From assembly GCA_963667465.2 (NCBI GenBank), contig CAXXDN010000001.1:832001-896000 (forward strand): a stretch of DNA of 64,000 bases. Reading direction: 5' to 3'. A program made the position numbers and the translations under genes. The notes below the pieces were generated by a model. It saw only the letters and a program-made list of their open reading frames with translations, made no database searches and was not told the DNA's origin. The DNA is from Dehalococcoidia bacterium. Its GTDB lineage: Bacteria > Chloroflexota > Dehalococcoidia > UBA2979. Below are positions 20,007 through 30,023 of this stretch, piece after piece (position 1 is the stretch's first letter; each line of letters starts with the position of its first letter).

Positions 20007-20933
20007 CTATCCGTCGTCCTGCCAGCTGCGGACCGCGTCCGCCGCGCGCAGCTCCACGCCGCTGCGCCGCTCCTGCATGATGATCGAAGCGCTCGAGTCG
20101 AGCGGACCGAGGCCGGCGTCGACCGCCTCGGCGACCTCCGCCTCGGCGACCGCGCCGAGCGCGATCGGCACGGCGAACTCCTCAGCCAGATCAAGGGCGA
20201 GCCGCAGGTCCTTGAGCGAGAGGTCCAGCGCGAAGCCGACGTTGTCGTAGGCGCCCTGGTAGACGATGTTCGGCACGGTGCGGTGGATCAGGTTGCCCTG
20301 CCCGAACGAGCCGTTCTGCACGGCCTCCAGCAGCGCCTCCGGGTCGACCCCGGCCTTCACCCCCAGCGTCAGCGCCTCGCCGACGATCACGCGCGCGCTG
20401 ATCGTGATCAGATTGTGCACCAGCTTCGCGATCGCCCCCGCCCCCGAGGGCCCGATGTAGGAGACCTTGTCGCCGATCAGGTCGAGCACCGGCCTGGCGC
20501 GCTCGTAGGCATCCTCCGGACCGCCGACCATCACGGCCAGCGTCGCCTGCTCCGCGCCCTTCGATCCGCCGCTGACCGGCCCGTCGAGGACGGCGACGGC
20601 TTCGGCCGCGAACTCCTCGTGGATGCGCCGCATGAGCGTCGGCGAGTTGGTCGAGAGGTCGACGTAGATCGTGCCCGGCGCGGCGCCGGCGAGCACGCCA
20701 CCCTCGCCGAGGGCCACCTGCTCGACCTCGGCCGGGCCGGGTAGCGAGGTGAAGACGATCTCGCGGTCCTCGCTCGCCCCGCGCGGCGTGGCGGCCCAGC
20801 GCGCGCCGGCGGCGAGGTGCCGTTCGGCGGCCTCGCGGCGGATGTCGTGCACGACCACGTCGTGGCCGCCGGCGATCACGTTCATCGCCATGTGCCCGCC
20901 CATGTTTCCGAGGCCGATGAAGCCGATGCGCAT
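20007..20933 (-). CDS. 3-hydroxyisobutyrate dehydrogenase / beta-hydroxyacid dehydrogenase family
   Basis: IGFIGLGNMG, FTSLPGP, DGPVSGG, LAVMVGG, AKLVHN. Confidence 0.92.
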   Translation of the reverse strand: MRIGFIGLGNMGGHMAMNVIAGGHDVVVHDIRREAAERHLAAGARWAATPRGASEDREIVFTSLPGPAEVEQVALGEGGVLAGAAPGTIYVDLSTNSPTLMRRIHEEFAAEAVAVLDGPVSGGSKGAEQATLAVMVGGPEDAYERARPVLDLIGDKVSYIGPSGAGAIAKLVHNLITISARVIVGEALTLGVKAGVDPEALLEAVQNGSFGQGNLIHRTVPNIVYQGAYDNVGFALDLSLKDLRLALDLAEEFAVPIALGAVAEAEVAEAVDAGLGPLDSSASIIMQERRSGVELRAADAVRSWQDDG

Positions 20934-20994
20934 GGTGTTGCTCCTCGCTCCCTGTCCTGCCCGGCCGCGTTCGCGGCTTGCCGTCCTCGCCGTC

Positions 20995-21399
20995 CTAGCC
21001 GTCCTCGCGCACGAAGGCGACGACGTTGTCGTCGGGGTCGTAGACCTGCACGTACGTCCCGCCGTGCGACGCCGGCTTGAGCGGCGAGTGGAACTCCAGC
21101 CCCGCGGCCTCGCAGCGCGCGGCGATCTCCTCGACGTTGGAGACGAGGATCGTGAAGTAACGCAGCCCGGTCTGCGTGCGCGCGCCGCGAGGCGTGCGCG
21201 AGGCCGGCGTCTCCGGCGGCACGACGAGCTTGATCACGCTCTCCCCGCAGGCGAGGCGGTGCATGTAGCCGCCCGGGCCCGTGGTCTGCTTGTTGAGGTA
21301 CTCGAGGCCGAGCGTGTCGCGGTAGAAGCGCAGCATCGCCTCCTCGTTGGCCACGACGATCCCCAGATCGATCGCGGCTCTCGCCAGTTCGACGGCCAT
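20995..21399 (-). CDS. VOC (glyoxalase) family protein
   Basis: IDLGIVV..MLRFYRDTLGL..VYDPDDNVVAFV; ATG after GGGGAG. Confidence 0.85.
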   Translation of the reverse strand: MAVELARAAIDLGIVVANEEAMLRFYRDTLGLEYLNKQTTGPGGYMHRLACGESVIKLVVPPETPASRTPRGARTQTGLRYFTILVSNVEEIAARCEAAGLEFHSPLKPASHGGTYVQVYDPDDNVVAFVREDG

Positions 21400-21501
21400 C
21401 GGCTCCCCCTCGCTTGCGCGCCCGGCGATGATAGGCGGGACCGGCGGGCGGATCGATCCGTGCCCGCGACAAGCGCGAGCGACGAGGCGAGGAGCGAACA
21501 C

Positions 21502-22377
21502 ATGCAGCAGTTCGAGGGCAGGGTCGCGGTGGTCACCGGCGCGGGCGGCAAGGTCGGCCTCTCGCTCTCGCGGCGCTTCGCAGGTGCGGGCATGAGCGTG
21601 GCGATGGCCGACGTGCATGAGGAGGACCTCTCCGCTGCCCGCGCGCAGCTGATCGAGGAGGGCGTCCCCGGCGAGCGGCTGATCACCGTCGAGACGGACG
21701 TGACGAAGTCGGAGAGCGTACAGCGGCTGGCCGACGCGGCTGTCGAGGCCTTCGGCGGCGTGCACGTGGTCTGCAACAACGCGGGCGTGAACCCTCAGGA
21801 CCTCTCGATCTGGGAGGCGACCGAGGAGGACTGGCGCTGGGCCCTGGGCGTGAACCTCTGGGGCGCGATCCACGGCACGAGGATCTTCATCCCGTTGATG
21901 CTCGCCCAGGGCGAGGAGGGGCACCTCGTCAACACCGCCTCGGCGGCGGGCCTCGGCGCGCGGCCCGGCATGGGCAGCTACGTGGTCAGCAAGACCGGCA
22001 TCGTCGCGCTCACCGAGGTGCTCTACCACGAGCTGCGCCGCCTCGACGCGAAGGTCGGCTGCTCCGTGCTCTGCCCCGGCCGCATCCGCGGCGGCGGCAC
22101 GCGCAACCGCCGCCCCGACGAGTTCCGCACCGAGGGCGACGAGGCGCAGGCGCAGCGCGACAGCGAGCTGTACGAACGCGCCCTCGCCCGCCAGGCGGAG
22201 CTGGGCGGTCCCGGCTACATCCCGCCCGACGACGTCGCCGGGCTCGTCTTCGAGGGCGTGCGCGAGGGCCGCTTCTACATCTTCACCCACCCCGAGGCGA
22301 CCTCGCAGCGCGTGCAGGAGCGCGCGGAGGCCCTCGCCGCCCTCGATCCCCCCGCCCTCGCCGGCTCGATCTTCTGA
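21502..22377 (+). CDS. Short-chain dehydrogenase/reductase
   Basis: VAVVTGAGGKVG, CNNAGV, NTASAAG, YVVSK. Confidence 0.93.
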   Translation: MQQFEGRVAVVTGAGGKVGLSLSRRFAGAGMSVAMADVHEEDLSAARAQLIEEGVPGERLITVETDVTKSESVQRLADAAVEAFGGVHVVCNNAGVNPQDLSIWEATEEDWRWALGVNLWGAIHGTRIFIPLMLAQGEEGHLVNTASAAGLGARPGMGSYVVSKTGIVALTEVLYHELRRLDAKVGCSVLCPGRIRGGGTRNRRPDEFRTEGDEAQAQRDSELYERALARQAELGGPGYIPPDDVAGLVFEGVREGRFYIFTHPEATSQRVQERAEALAALDPPALAGSIF

Positions 22378-22493
22378 GGCCAGGCGAGCGGCCAGGCGTG
22401 CGGGGCCGCGCGTGCGGCGCGGCGCTGGCGCCCGGCGGCCCCTCGCGTATCATCCCCCCGCACACGCACGGACGCGGGAGCCGGAGGAACGCC

Positions 22494-23687
22494 GTGCTGC
22501 AGACCAGCCTCTTCTACCTGCCCACCGTCGGCTCCCGCGAGCAGATCGAGGAGGGCATGGCCGGGGTCCGCGACGACCTCTACCAGAACATGCTCGCCGA
22601 GCTCACCGAACAGGCGCAGCTCGCCGACCGGCTCGGCTACGACTCGATCTCCTTCACCGAGCACCACTTCCACATCGAGGGCTTCGAGCTCTCCACCAAC
22701 CCCGTCCTGCTCGACCTCTACATCGCCATGCAGACCGAGCGCATCCGCGTCGGCCAGCTCGGCATCGTGCTGCCCGCCCAGAACCCGATCCGCGTCGCCG
22801 AGGACATCGCGATGCTCGACCACATGAGCGGCGGGCGCGCCATCGCCGGCTTCGCGCGCGGCTACCAGCGCCGCTGGGTGGACGTGATGGCGCAGCAGAT
22901 GCACGGCATCCACGGCGCGATCCCCCAGCAGCATGACGAGATCGATGCCGCCAACCGCCAGGCCTTCGAGGAGCACTTCAACCTCGTCCGCCGCTGCTGG
23001 ACCGAGGAGATGATCGAGGCCGACAGCAGCTACTGGCAGATCCCGACCGAAGGCACCCCGTGGACCCTCGAGGCCACACGGCTCTACGGCAAAGGCGTCG
23101 ACGAGGACGGCATGCTGCGTCAGATCGGCGTGGTCCCCAAGCCGCTGCAGAAGCCGCACCCGCCGATCTTCCAGCCCTTCGCCTCCAGCGAGGGCACCGT
23201 CCGCTGGTGCGCGCGCGAGGGCATCACCGCCGTCGTCACCGCCATGCACCCGGTCAACCAGCGCAAGCTGCTCGAGGCCTACCAGGACGAAGCGACGGCC
23301 GCCGGACGCGCGCTCCGGCCCGGCGAGGGCATCGGGCTGCTGCGCGACGTCTTCATCGCCGACACGGACGAGGAGGCCTACGAGCTGTGGCGCCGCGGCG
23401 CCGGCTTCGCGCACAACGCCTGGTTCACGCCCTTCGGCTTCGGCGTCGGCCGCAACAGGCCCGGCACGGACGAGGCGATGTCGCCGCAGGAGATGATGGA
23501 CCTCGGCATGCTGCTCGTCGGCAGCGTCGACTCGGTGACGAGGCAGCTCGAGGCGATGCTCTCCCACGATCCGGTGGACTGGCTCTTCGCCTGGCAGTTC
23601 AACGGCCTGATCCCGCACGACAAGCTGATGCGATCGCTGGAGCTGTTCGCGACGAAGGTGCTGCCGCGCGTCAACGGCGGCGAGTAG
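22494..23687 (+). CDS. Luciferase-like (LLM class) flavin-dependent oxidoreductase
   Basis: FTEHHFH, AEDIAMLDHMSGGR..GFARGYQ, PKPLQKPHPP; GTG after GGAGG. Confidence 0.92.
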   Translation: MLQTSLFYLPTVGSREQIEEGMAGVRDDLYQNMLAELTEQAQLADRLGYDSISFTEHHFHIEGFELSTNPVLLDLYIAMQTERIRVGQLGIVLPAQNPIRVAEDIAMLDHMSGGRAIAGFARGYQRRWVDVMAQQMHGIHGAIPQQHDEIDAANRQAFEEHFNLVRRCWTEEMIEADSSYWQIPTEGTPWTLEATRLYGKGVDEDGMLRQIGVVPKPLQKPHPPIFQPFASSEGTVRWCAREGITAVVTAMHPVNQRKLLEAYQDEATAAGRALRPGEGIGLLRDVFIADTDEEAYELWRRGAGFAHNAWFTPFGFGVGRNRPGTDEAMSPQEMMDLGMLLVGSVDSVTRQLEAMLSHDPVDWLFAWQFNGLIPHDKLMRSLELFATKVLPRVNGGE

Positions 23688-23725
23688 CGGCCCGCGCGCG
23701 GAGCTGCCCGCGAGGGCTGCCCTCC

Positions 23726-23762
23726 GGCCCCCTCGCTCCGAGAGAGCGGGTGGGGGTGAGGG
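23726..23762. repeat. Degenerate family A REP unit
   Basis: GGCCCCCTCGCTCCGAGAGAGCGGGTGGGGGTGAGGG is the reverse orientation of the 9323 copy. Confidence 0.55.
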
Positions 23763-23777
23763 CGGAAGGAGGATGAA

Positions 23778-24587
23778 ATGCAGGACGTCGTGCTCTACGA
23801 GGTGGAGGACCGCATCGCGACGGTCACGCTCAACCGGCCGGAGCGCCTCAACGCCATCAACCCGGAGCTGGACGAGGCGCTGATCGCCGCGCTGCTGCGC
23901 GCCGAGGCGGACCCGGACGTGCGCTGCGCGATCGTGCAGGGCGCGGGCCGCGCCTTCTGCGCCGGGGCCGACACCAAGCGCGACGACTCCTCGGGCCAGC
24001 CGCGCGACTTCACGCCGATCGAGGATCGCAACCGGCTCGAGGCGCAGTACCGCCGCTGGATGCAGATCTGGGACCTCAAGATCCCCGTGATCGCCAAGGT
24101 GCATGGCTACTGCCTCGGCCGCGGCACGCAGCTCGCCGTGATCTGCGACATCACCTACGTCGCCGAGGACACGATCATCGGCGCGCCGCAGCTGCCGCTG
24201 GGGGCGGGTTGGAACTCGGTGTTCTGGGCGTGGCACCTCGGCCCCAAGAAGGCGAAGGAGATCTTCCTCCCGGTGGGCGACACGATCACGGGCGCGGAGG
24301 CGGCGGAGCTGGGCATCTTCAACGCCGCCCTGCCGGCCGACCAGCTCGACGCCTACGTGCGCGAGTACGCGTTGAAGCTGGCGCGCGTCCCGAAGGACCT
24401 GCTCGGCCTGGAGAAGCTGGCGATCAACAAGACGCAGGACATCCAGGGCTTCCGCGAAGCGCTCGCCGTCGGCTTCGAGATCGACGTCGTCGGCCACCTC
24501 GCCCCGGCCGTGCTCGACGTCAACCGCCGCATCCGCGAGGACGGCCTGCGCCCCACGATCGAGGCCTGGCAAGCCGGCGAGTTCTAG
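23778..24587 (+). CDS. Crotonase / enoyl-CoA hydratase family protein (catalytic Glu positions replaced)
   Basis: TLNRPERLNAI, GRAFCAGAD, PVIAKVHGYC. Confidence 0.9.
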   Translation: MQDVVLYEVEDRIATVTLNRPERLNAINPELDEALIAALLRAEADPDVRCAIVQGAGRAFCAGADTKRDDSSGQPRDFTPIEDRNRLEAQYRRWMQIWDLKIPVIAKVHGYCLGRGTQLAVICDITYVAEDTIIGAPQLPLGAGWNSVFWAWHLGPKKAKEIFLPVGDTITGAEAAELGIFNAALPADQLDAYVREYALKLARVPKDLLGLEKLAINKTQDIQGFREALAVGFEIDVVGHLAPAVLDVNRRIREDGLRPTIEAWQAGEF

Positions 24588-24737
24588 GCGGGCTACGCGG
24601 CAGAGAGACGGATACCACCGGAACGCTTGTCCTGCTATGGTGTGCGTGGCGCGGGACTACGACGGTCGGCTCGCCGAAGGCCGCCCGGCGCTTCCCGCGC
24701 CTCACGGGCGCCCTCCTCGCGCTCAGGGAGCGGTGAC

Positions 24738-26414
24738 GTGCCGTCGCTCGAGTTCAAGGGCAAGTCGCTCGTCTACGCGCACCACCTGACAGTCCCGCAC
24801 CGCCCGCTCGTCGTGGACCCGGTGAGGTCGGTGGGCGAGGCTGGCGCCAACGGCAACCTGATCATCCACGGCGACAACCTGGAGGCGCTGAAAGCGCTGC
24901 TGCCACGCTACGCGGGCCGCGTCAAGTGCATCTACATCGACCCGCCGTACAACACGGGCAACGAGGGCTGGACGTATAACGACAACGTCAACAGCCCGCT
25001 CCTCCAGGAATGGTTCAAGGAGAACTCGCCGGTGGACGGCGAGGACCTCGAACGCCACGACAAGTGGCTGTGCATGATGTGGCCGCGCCTGCATCTGCTG
25101 CGCGAGCTCCTGTCCGAGGACGGCGTGATCTTCGTCTCGATCGACGACAACGAGCAGCACCACCTGCGAATGCTCATGGACGAGATCTTCGGCGAGGAGA
25201 ACTTCCTCTCGTCAATCATGTGGCACAAGTCGTACAGCCCACAGATGGACGCTGCCGGGTTCAGCGTGAGTCACGACTACATCATGTCCTACCGGCGGAG
25301 CGGCTTGGCGATTGTCAATAGGGAACCCTTCGAACAGAACATCGAGCAGTTCCGTTTCACTGAAGCGGCTACAGGGCGACCTTACCGCAGGCGATCACTT
25401 CGGAAAGAAGGAAGTAACTCCCTGCGGGTTGACGCTCCACGATCATGGTTTCCACTCACCGGACCAGACGGAACGCAAGTCTTTCCCTACAAGCCCTTGA
25501 GGGCTGGCGAGAGTGAGCGAATTGAGGGTGTGTGGAGATGGTCCCATGAGACCTATAGCAAGCGCCTCGACAATGGCGAAGTGGAATGGGTGTTGACGGA
25601 TAATGATGGGTGGCAGCCTTATGCAAAGCAATATGTGAACGAGGGTGCAGATCGACCTCCTGGAACAGTTTGGACCTACGACGAAGTAGGCCACACTCAC
25701 GACGCTGCCGAGGAAGTCGCACAGTTGCTCGGACCCAGGGCTTTTCAAACCCCGAAGCCCGTCGCCCTCCTAAAGCGGCTGATAGGGATCGCAACAAGAG
25801 CGGACGACGATCCGATCGTGCTCGACTCCTTCGCGGGCAGCGGTACGACGGCGCACGCGGTGCTGGCGCTCAACCGCGAGGACGGCGGCAGCCGCAAGTT
25901 CATCCTCGTGGAGTGCGAGGACTACGCGGACAGCGTGACCGCCGAGCGGGTGCGCCGGGTGATCGCGGGCGTGCCGGAGGCGAAGGACGAGGCGTTGCGC
26001 GATGGGCTCGGCGGCTCCTTCGCCTACTGCACGCTCGGCGATGCGCTCACCATCGAGGGCTTGCTCACGGGCGACGGGATGCCGTCGTTCGCCGCGCTCG
26101 CGGCGTGGCTGCTGCACACCGCCGCCGGCGTGACCGCCGCCACGTCGGCACTGTCGCCGCTCGACGACGACGGACTCTTCTACGACGACGGGGTATCGCG
26201 CTTCCACCTGCTGTACGAGCCGGATATCGACTTCCTGCGCGGCGAGGACGCGGTACTCACCGAGACGCGCGCGCGGCGCATCGGCGAGGACGGCCGCCGC
26301 AACGGCCGGAAGGCCGTGGTGTTCGCCGCCGCCAAGTACCTCGGCCAGCGCGAACTCAGCGAATACGGCGTCACCTTCAGCCAGCTCCCGTACGAGCTGC
26401 ACCGCAGGGGGTAG
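24738..26414 (+). CDS. mod: Type III R-M system DNA methyltransferase (Mod subunit)
   Basis: IHGDNLEALKAL, IYIDPPYNTG, FVSIDDNE, FQTPKP, VLDSFAGSGTTAHAV; directly upstream of res. Confidence 0.93.
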   Translation: MPSLEFKGKSLVYAHHLTVPHRPLVVDPVRSVGEAGANGNLIIHGDNLEALKALLPRYAGRVKCIYIDPPYNTGNEGWTYNDNVNSPLLQEWFKENSPVDGEDLERHDKWLCMMWPRLHLLRELLSEDGVIFVSIDDNEQHHLRMLMDEIFGEENFLSSIMWHKSYSPQMDAAGFSVSHDYIMSYRRSGLAIVNREPFEQNIEQFRFTEAATGRPYRRRSLRKEGSNSLRVDAPRSWFPLTGPDGTQVFPYKPLRAGESERIEGVWRWSHETYSKRLDNGEVEWVLTDNDGWQPYAKQYVNEGADRPPGTVWTYDEVGHTHDAAEEVAQLLGPRAFQTPKPVALLKRLIGIATRADDDPIVLDSFAGSGTTAHAVLALNREDGGSRKFILVECEDYADSVTAERVRRVIAGVPEAKDEALRDGLGGSFAYCTLGDALTIEGLLTGDGMPSFAALAAWLLHTAAGVTAATSALSPLDDDGLFYDDGVSRFHLLYEPDIDFLRGEDAVLTETRARRIGEDGRRNGRKAVVFAAAKYLGQRELSEYGVTFSQLPYELHRRG

Positions 26415-26426
26415 GACCACCGGGGC

Positions 26427-28934
26427 ATGGAACTCAAGCAGTACCAGATCCGCACGCTCGACGCCTTCGACGCATGGCACAAGGCGCTCGGCGCCGCCCG
26501 CGTGCGCGCTGACTTGATAGTCGCGGCCCTCGCGGACGCCGGACAAGACGTGTCCGAGGGGGCCGCGGACTTCCCGCGTGACGCGTGGCAGAGCCTGGCC
26601 AAGACCGGCGGCGTAGCCGATCCCGGGGCCGCGTACGTCGAGCGGACGGACGACGCGGGTCGCCCCATCCCCCACGCGTGCTTCAAGATCCCGACCGGCG
26701 GCGGCAAGACGCTGCTTGGGGCGGCGGCGCTCGAGCGGCTCGGCATGAGCACCGGATTCGTGCTGTGGATCGTGCCGACGCGCGCGATCTACGAGCAGAC
26801 GAAGGCGGCGCTGTGGAGCCGCGAGCACCCCTACCGCCAGATCCTCGAACGCGCCAGCGCCGGGCGCGTCAAGGTGCTGGAGAAGGACCAGCCGTTCACC
26901 CGCGACGACACCGAGCACTACCTGTGCGTGATGCTGCTCATGCTCCCGGCGGCGAACCGGCGGAAGGGCCGCGACTTCCTGCGCATGTTCCGCGACTCCG
27001 GGCGCTACCCGACGCTGTTCCCCGACGCCGACGACGCGCGTGGCGCGGCGGAGCTGCTGGAGCGTCACCCTGACCTCGAACGCGCGTCGCCGGACGGTCC
27101 GGCCAAACACAGCCTGTTCAACGCACTGAAGGTGCTGCGCCCGGTCGTCGTGCTTGACGAGGCGCACAAGGCGTACGGCAGGAAGGGCGCGGAGGAGTTC
27201 GTGCAGGCGGTCAACCGCCTCGACCCCTCGCTGGTGATCGAGTTGTCGGCCACGCCGACCGGCACGATCAGCAACCTGCTCGTTGACGTGACGGGTGTCG
27301 AGTTGAAGCAGGAGGAGATGGTCAAGCTCCCGGTGCAGGTGTCCTCGCTCGACAACGTCGAGTGGCGCGACGCGTTGGCCCGCGCGCACGACAAGCTCGC
27401 CGAGCTCGCCGCCGAGGCGAGGGCCCTCTGGGGCGACGAGGGCCGTTACATCCGGCCCATCGCCGTCGTGCGCGTCGAGCGGACCGGCAAGGATCAGCGC
27501 GACGGCGAGCGCGTCCACGCCGAGGACGTTCGCGACTACCTCGTTCGGAACCTCGGCGAGTCGCCGGGCGCGGTTCGGGTGAAGTCCGCCGAGCGCGACG
27601 AGATCGCGGGCGAGGATTTGCTGTCGGAGACCTCGCCCGTGCGCTGGATCATCACCCGCGCGGCGCTGATGGAGGGCTGGGACTGCCCGTTCGCCTACCT
27701 CCTCGTCATGCTCGACAACACGAGCAGCCAACGGGCGCTCACGCAGCTGACCGGGCGCGTCATGCGCCAGCCCGACGCGCGCCGCACGGGCCGCGAGGCG
27801 CTCGACCAGTGCTACGTCCACTGCTGGCAGACCGGCGTGGACGGCGCCGTGCGGCAGGTCAAGGCGGGGCTGGAGGAGGAGGGGCTGACCGGCCTCGGCG
27901 ACGACGTCTTCGGCGTCGCCGCCCGCGAGTTCCACAAGCGGGACGTGCCTCGCCGCGAGCGCTTCCAGAACCGCGACATCTTCCTCCCGCGGGTTTCGCA
28001 CCGCGCCGCCGGTGGCGGTTGGCGCGAGCTGGACTACCAGCGCGACATTCTCCCGGCGATCGATTGGCCGTCCATCACCCCGCCCGCGCAACTTGCGCTG
28101 TCGGGCCTCAGCGAGGGGGCGGCGGCGGAGACAGTCACCGTCGACGTCGGACCCGCAGAGCCGTCGCCCGTTCGCCGCGAGGCGCTGGCTGTGGACAAGA
28201 CGATCACGCTCGAGTGGTTCACGCGGCAACTCGCGGACCTCATCCCGAATCCGTGGCAGGGAGCGCGCGTCGTCGGCGAGATGCTTGAGCGGCTGCGTGC
28301 GAACGGCCTCGACGACGAGGCGATCCACGCCCAGCGCCGCGAGCAGGCGCTGGCGTTGCGCGACCACGTCGCGAACGAGGTCGAGCGGCTCGCGGAGGGC
28401 GTGTTCCGGGACAAGCTCCAGGCGGGCGACATCCGCTTCGATCTCGAGGTCGGCCAGCCGAACTTCAAGATGCCGGACAGCGTCCCAATGCGCGTCGCGC
28501 CGGACGACGCTCCGCTGAGCAGCCACGGCGAGCCGGTACAGAAGACCCTGTTCGATCTCGTGCCGCAACGCGACTTCAACAGTCTCGAGCGGAAGTTCGC
28601 GCTGTACCTCGACGCCAGCGAGGCGATCCAATGGTGGCATCGCGTCGCCGTCCGGCAGCAACGCGAGTACTACCTGCGGGGCTGGAAGCCGGACCGCATC
28701 TGGCCGGACTTCGTGGCCATGTCCGACGATACAGCCGACGATCCCGCCCTGTTCATCGTCGAGACGAAGGGCCAGCACCTCGACAACCCGGACACGGAGT
28801 ACAAGCGGCGTGTGCTGGACGCCCTCGAACAGCGCTTCAACGAGTACGGCAAGGTTACGGTCGCGAGCGGCCCGGTCAGGGGCAACTTCTCGATCGTCTT
28901 CAGGGAGTCGGATTTCGCGCAGGCGCTGGCGTAA
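26427..28934 (+). CDS. res: Type III R-M system restriction subunit (SF2 helicase plus PD-(D/E)xK nuclease)
   Basis: PTGGGKT Walker A, VVLDEAH, LSATP, ALMEGWDCP, QLTGRVMR, C-terminal PDF..IVETKG. Confidence 0.92.
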   Translation: MELKQYQIRTLDAFDAWHKALGAARVRADLIVAALADAGQDVSEGAADFPRDAWQSLAKTGGVADPGAAYVERTDDAGRPIPHACFKIPTGGGKTLLGAAALERLGMSTGFVLWIVPTRAIYEQTKAALWSREHPYRQILERASAGRVKVLEKDQPFTRDDTEHYLCVMLLMLPAANRRKGRDFLRMFRDSGRYPTLFPDADDARGAAELLERHPDLERASPDGPAKHSLFNALKVLRPVVVLDEAHKAYGRKGAEEFVQAVNRLDPSLVIELSATPTGTISNLLVDVTGVELKQEEMVKLPVQVSSLDNVEWRDALARAHDKLAELAAEARALWGDEGRYIRPIAVVRVERTGKDQRDGERVHAEDVRDYLVRNLGESPGAVRVKSAERDEIAGEDLLSETSPVRWIITRAALMEGWDCPFAYLLVMLDNTSSQRALTQLTGRVMRQPDARRTGREALDQCYVHCWQTGVDGAVRQVKAGLEEEGLTGLGDDVFGVAAREFHKRDVPRRERFQNRDIFLPRVSHRAAGGGWRELDYQRDILPAIDWPSITPPAQLALSGLSEGAAAETVTVDVGPAEPSPVRREALAVDKTITLEWFTRQLADLIPNPWQGARVVGEMLERLRANGLDDEAIHAQRREQALALRDHVANEVERLAEGVFRDKLQAGDIRFDLEVGQPNFKMPDSVPMRVAPDDAPLSSHGEPVQKTLFDLVPQRDFNSLERKFALYLDASEAIQWWHRVAVRQQREYYLRGWKPDRIWPDFVAMSDDTADDPALFIVETKGQHLDNPDTEYKRRVLDALEQRFNEYGKVTVASGPVRGNFSIVFRESDFAQALA

Positions 28935-28995
28935 AGCATCGGCACGCTCGCCGAGGGAGGCAGAGGAAGCCTCGCGCGCGCTTCGCCTCTGACCA

Positions 28996-29010
28996 CCCCC
29001 CCCCCCCCCC
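28996..29010. repeat. C15 homopolymer tract
   Basis: 15 consecutive C in the intergenic region. Confidence 0.9.
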
Positions 29011-29083
29011 ACTTGCACCCGCTGGCACAATCTTGCGCCTGCCCCCCGCCCTCCCGACGATGGAAGGGGCGAGGAGGTGTGCG

Positions 29084-29977
29084 ATGCGGGTGGCGATTAC
29101 GGGGGGCTCGGGGCTGATCGGGAGCGCGCTCGCGGCGCGGCTCGAGGGCGCGGGGCACGAGGTGCTCCGCATCCGCCGCGGCGGCGAGGACGATCCGAGC
29201 GCCGACTGGGATCCGGCGGGCGGCTGGATCCGCGGCGGGGCCTTCGCGGGGCACGATGCGATCGTGAACCTCAGCGGCGCGAACATCGGCGGCGCACGCT
29301 GGTCCGGTGCGCGCCGCGCCGAGCTGCGCAGCAGCCGCATCGACCTCACCCGCGTGCTTGTCGAGCACCTCGGCTCGCTCGCCGCGGAGGACCGGCCCGG
29401 CGTGCTTGTCAACCAGTCCGCCGTCGGCTTCTACGGCGACCGCGGCGACGAGGAGCTGGACGAGGCCGCCGGACGCGGCGCGGGCTTCCTCGCCGACCTC
29501 GTGGCCGACTGGGAGGCGGAGGCGGTGCGCGCGGAGGCGCTCGGCATCCGCACGGTGCGCCACCGCTCGGCGATCGTGCTTTCGAAGCAGGGGCCGCCGC
29601 TCTCGCGGATGCTGCTGCCGTTCCGGCTCGGCCTCGGCGGCACGCTCGGCAACGGGCGCTGGTGGATGCCCTGGATCACGCTGGAGGACCAGCTGCGCTC
29701 GCTGGAGCACGCGATCACGTCGGAGCTGAGCGGGGCGGTCAACGCCTCGGCGCCCGGCGCGACGACGAACGCCGAGCTGACGAAGGCGCTCGGCCGCGCG
29801 CTGCGCCGCCCGACGCTGTTCCCGATCCCCGGCTTCGCCTACCGGCTCGCCTTCGGGCAGGATCCCGCCGAGCTGTTCGCCAGCCAGCGGGTCGTGCCGA
29901 GGGCGCTCGCCGGCTCCGGCTTCGAGTTCAGCCACCCGGGGATCGATAGCGCCCTCGAGGCGGTGCTCGCCGGCTGA
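29084..29977 (+). CDS. TIGR01777 family NAD-dependent epimerase/oxidoreductase
   Basis: ITGGSGLIG, VNLSGANI..RW, SAVGFYGDRGDE, FRLGLGG.LGNG..WMPWI. Confidence 0.92.
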   Translation: MRVAITGGSGLIGSALAARLEGAGHEVLRIRRGGEDDPSADWDPAGGWIRGGAFAGHDAIVNLSGANIGGARWSGARRAELRSSRIDLTRVLVEHLGSLAAEDRPGVLVNQSAVGFYGDRGDEELDEAAGRGAGFLADLVADWEAEAVRAEALGIRTVRHRSAIVLSKQGPPLSRMLLPFRLGLGGTLGNGRWWMPWITLEDQLRSLEHAITSELSGAVNASAPGATTNAELTKALGRALRRPTLFPIPGFAYRLAFGQDPAELFASQRVVPRALAGSGFEFSHPGIDSALEAVLAG

Positions 29978-30023
29978 GCGCGGACCGGGCGGCCGGATTG
30001 GGCGGGCGGATTGGGGGCGCGCC

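Noticed and set aside
20980-21008. 9-bp triple repeat around the VOC gene stop codon
   Set aside because: Short local duplication without evident function
24738-26414. Phase-variable mod gene
   Set aside because: No simple-sequence repeat in the ORF; the C15 tract lies downstream of res
25770-29030. 1086-aa minus-strand ORF and similar long ORFs (34288..38370, 51614..54628, 52246..55242)
   Set aside because: Antisense or off-frame shadows of real genes in high-GC DNA; no recognisable motifs
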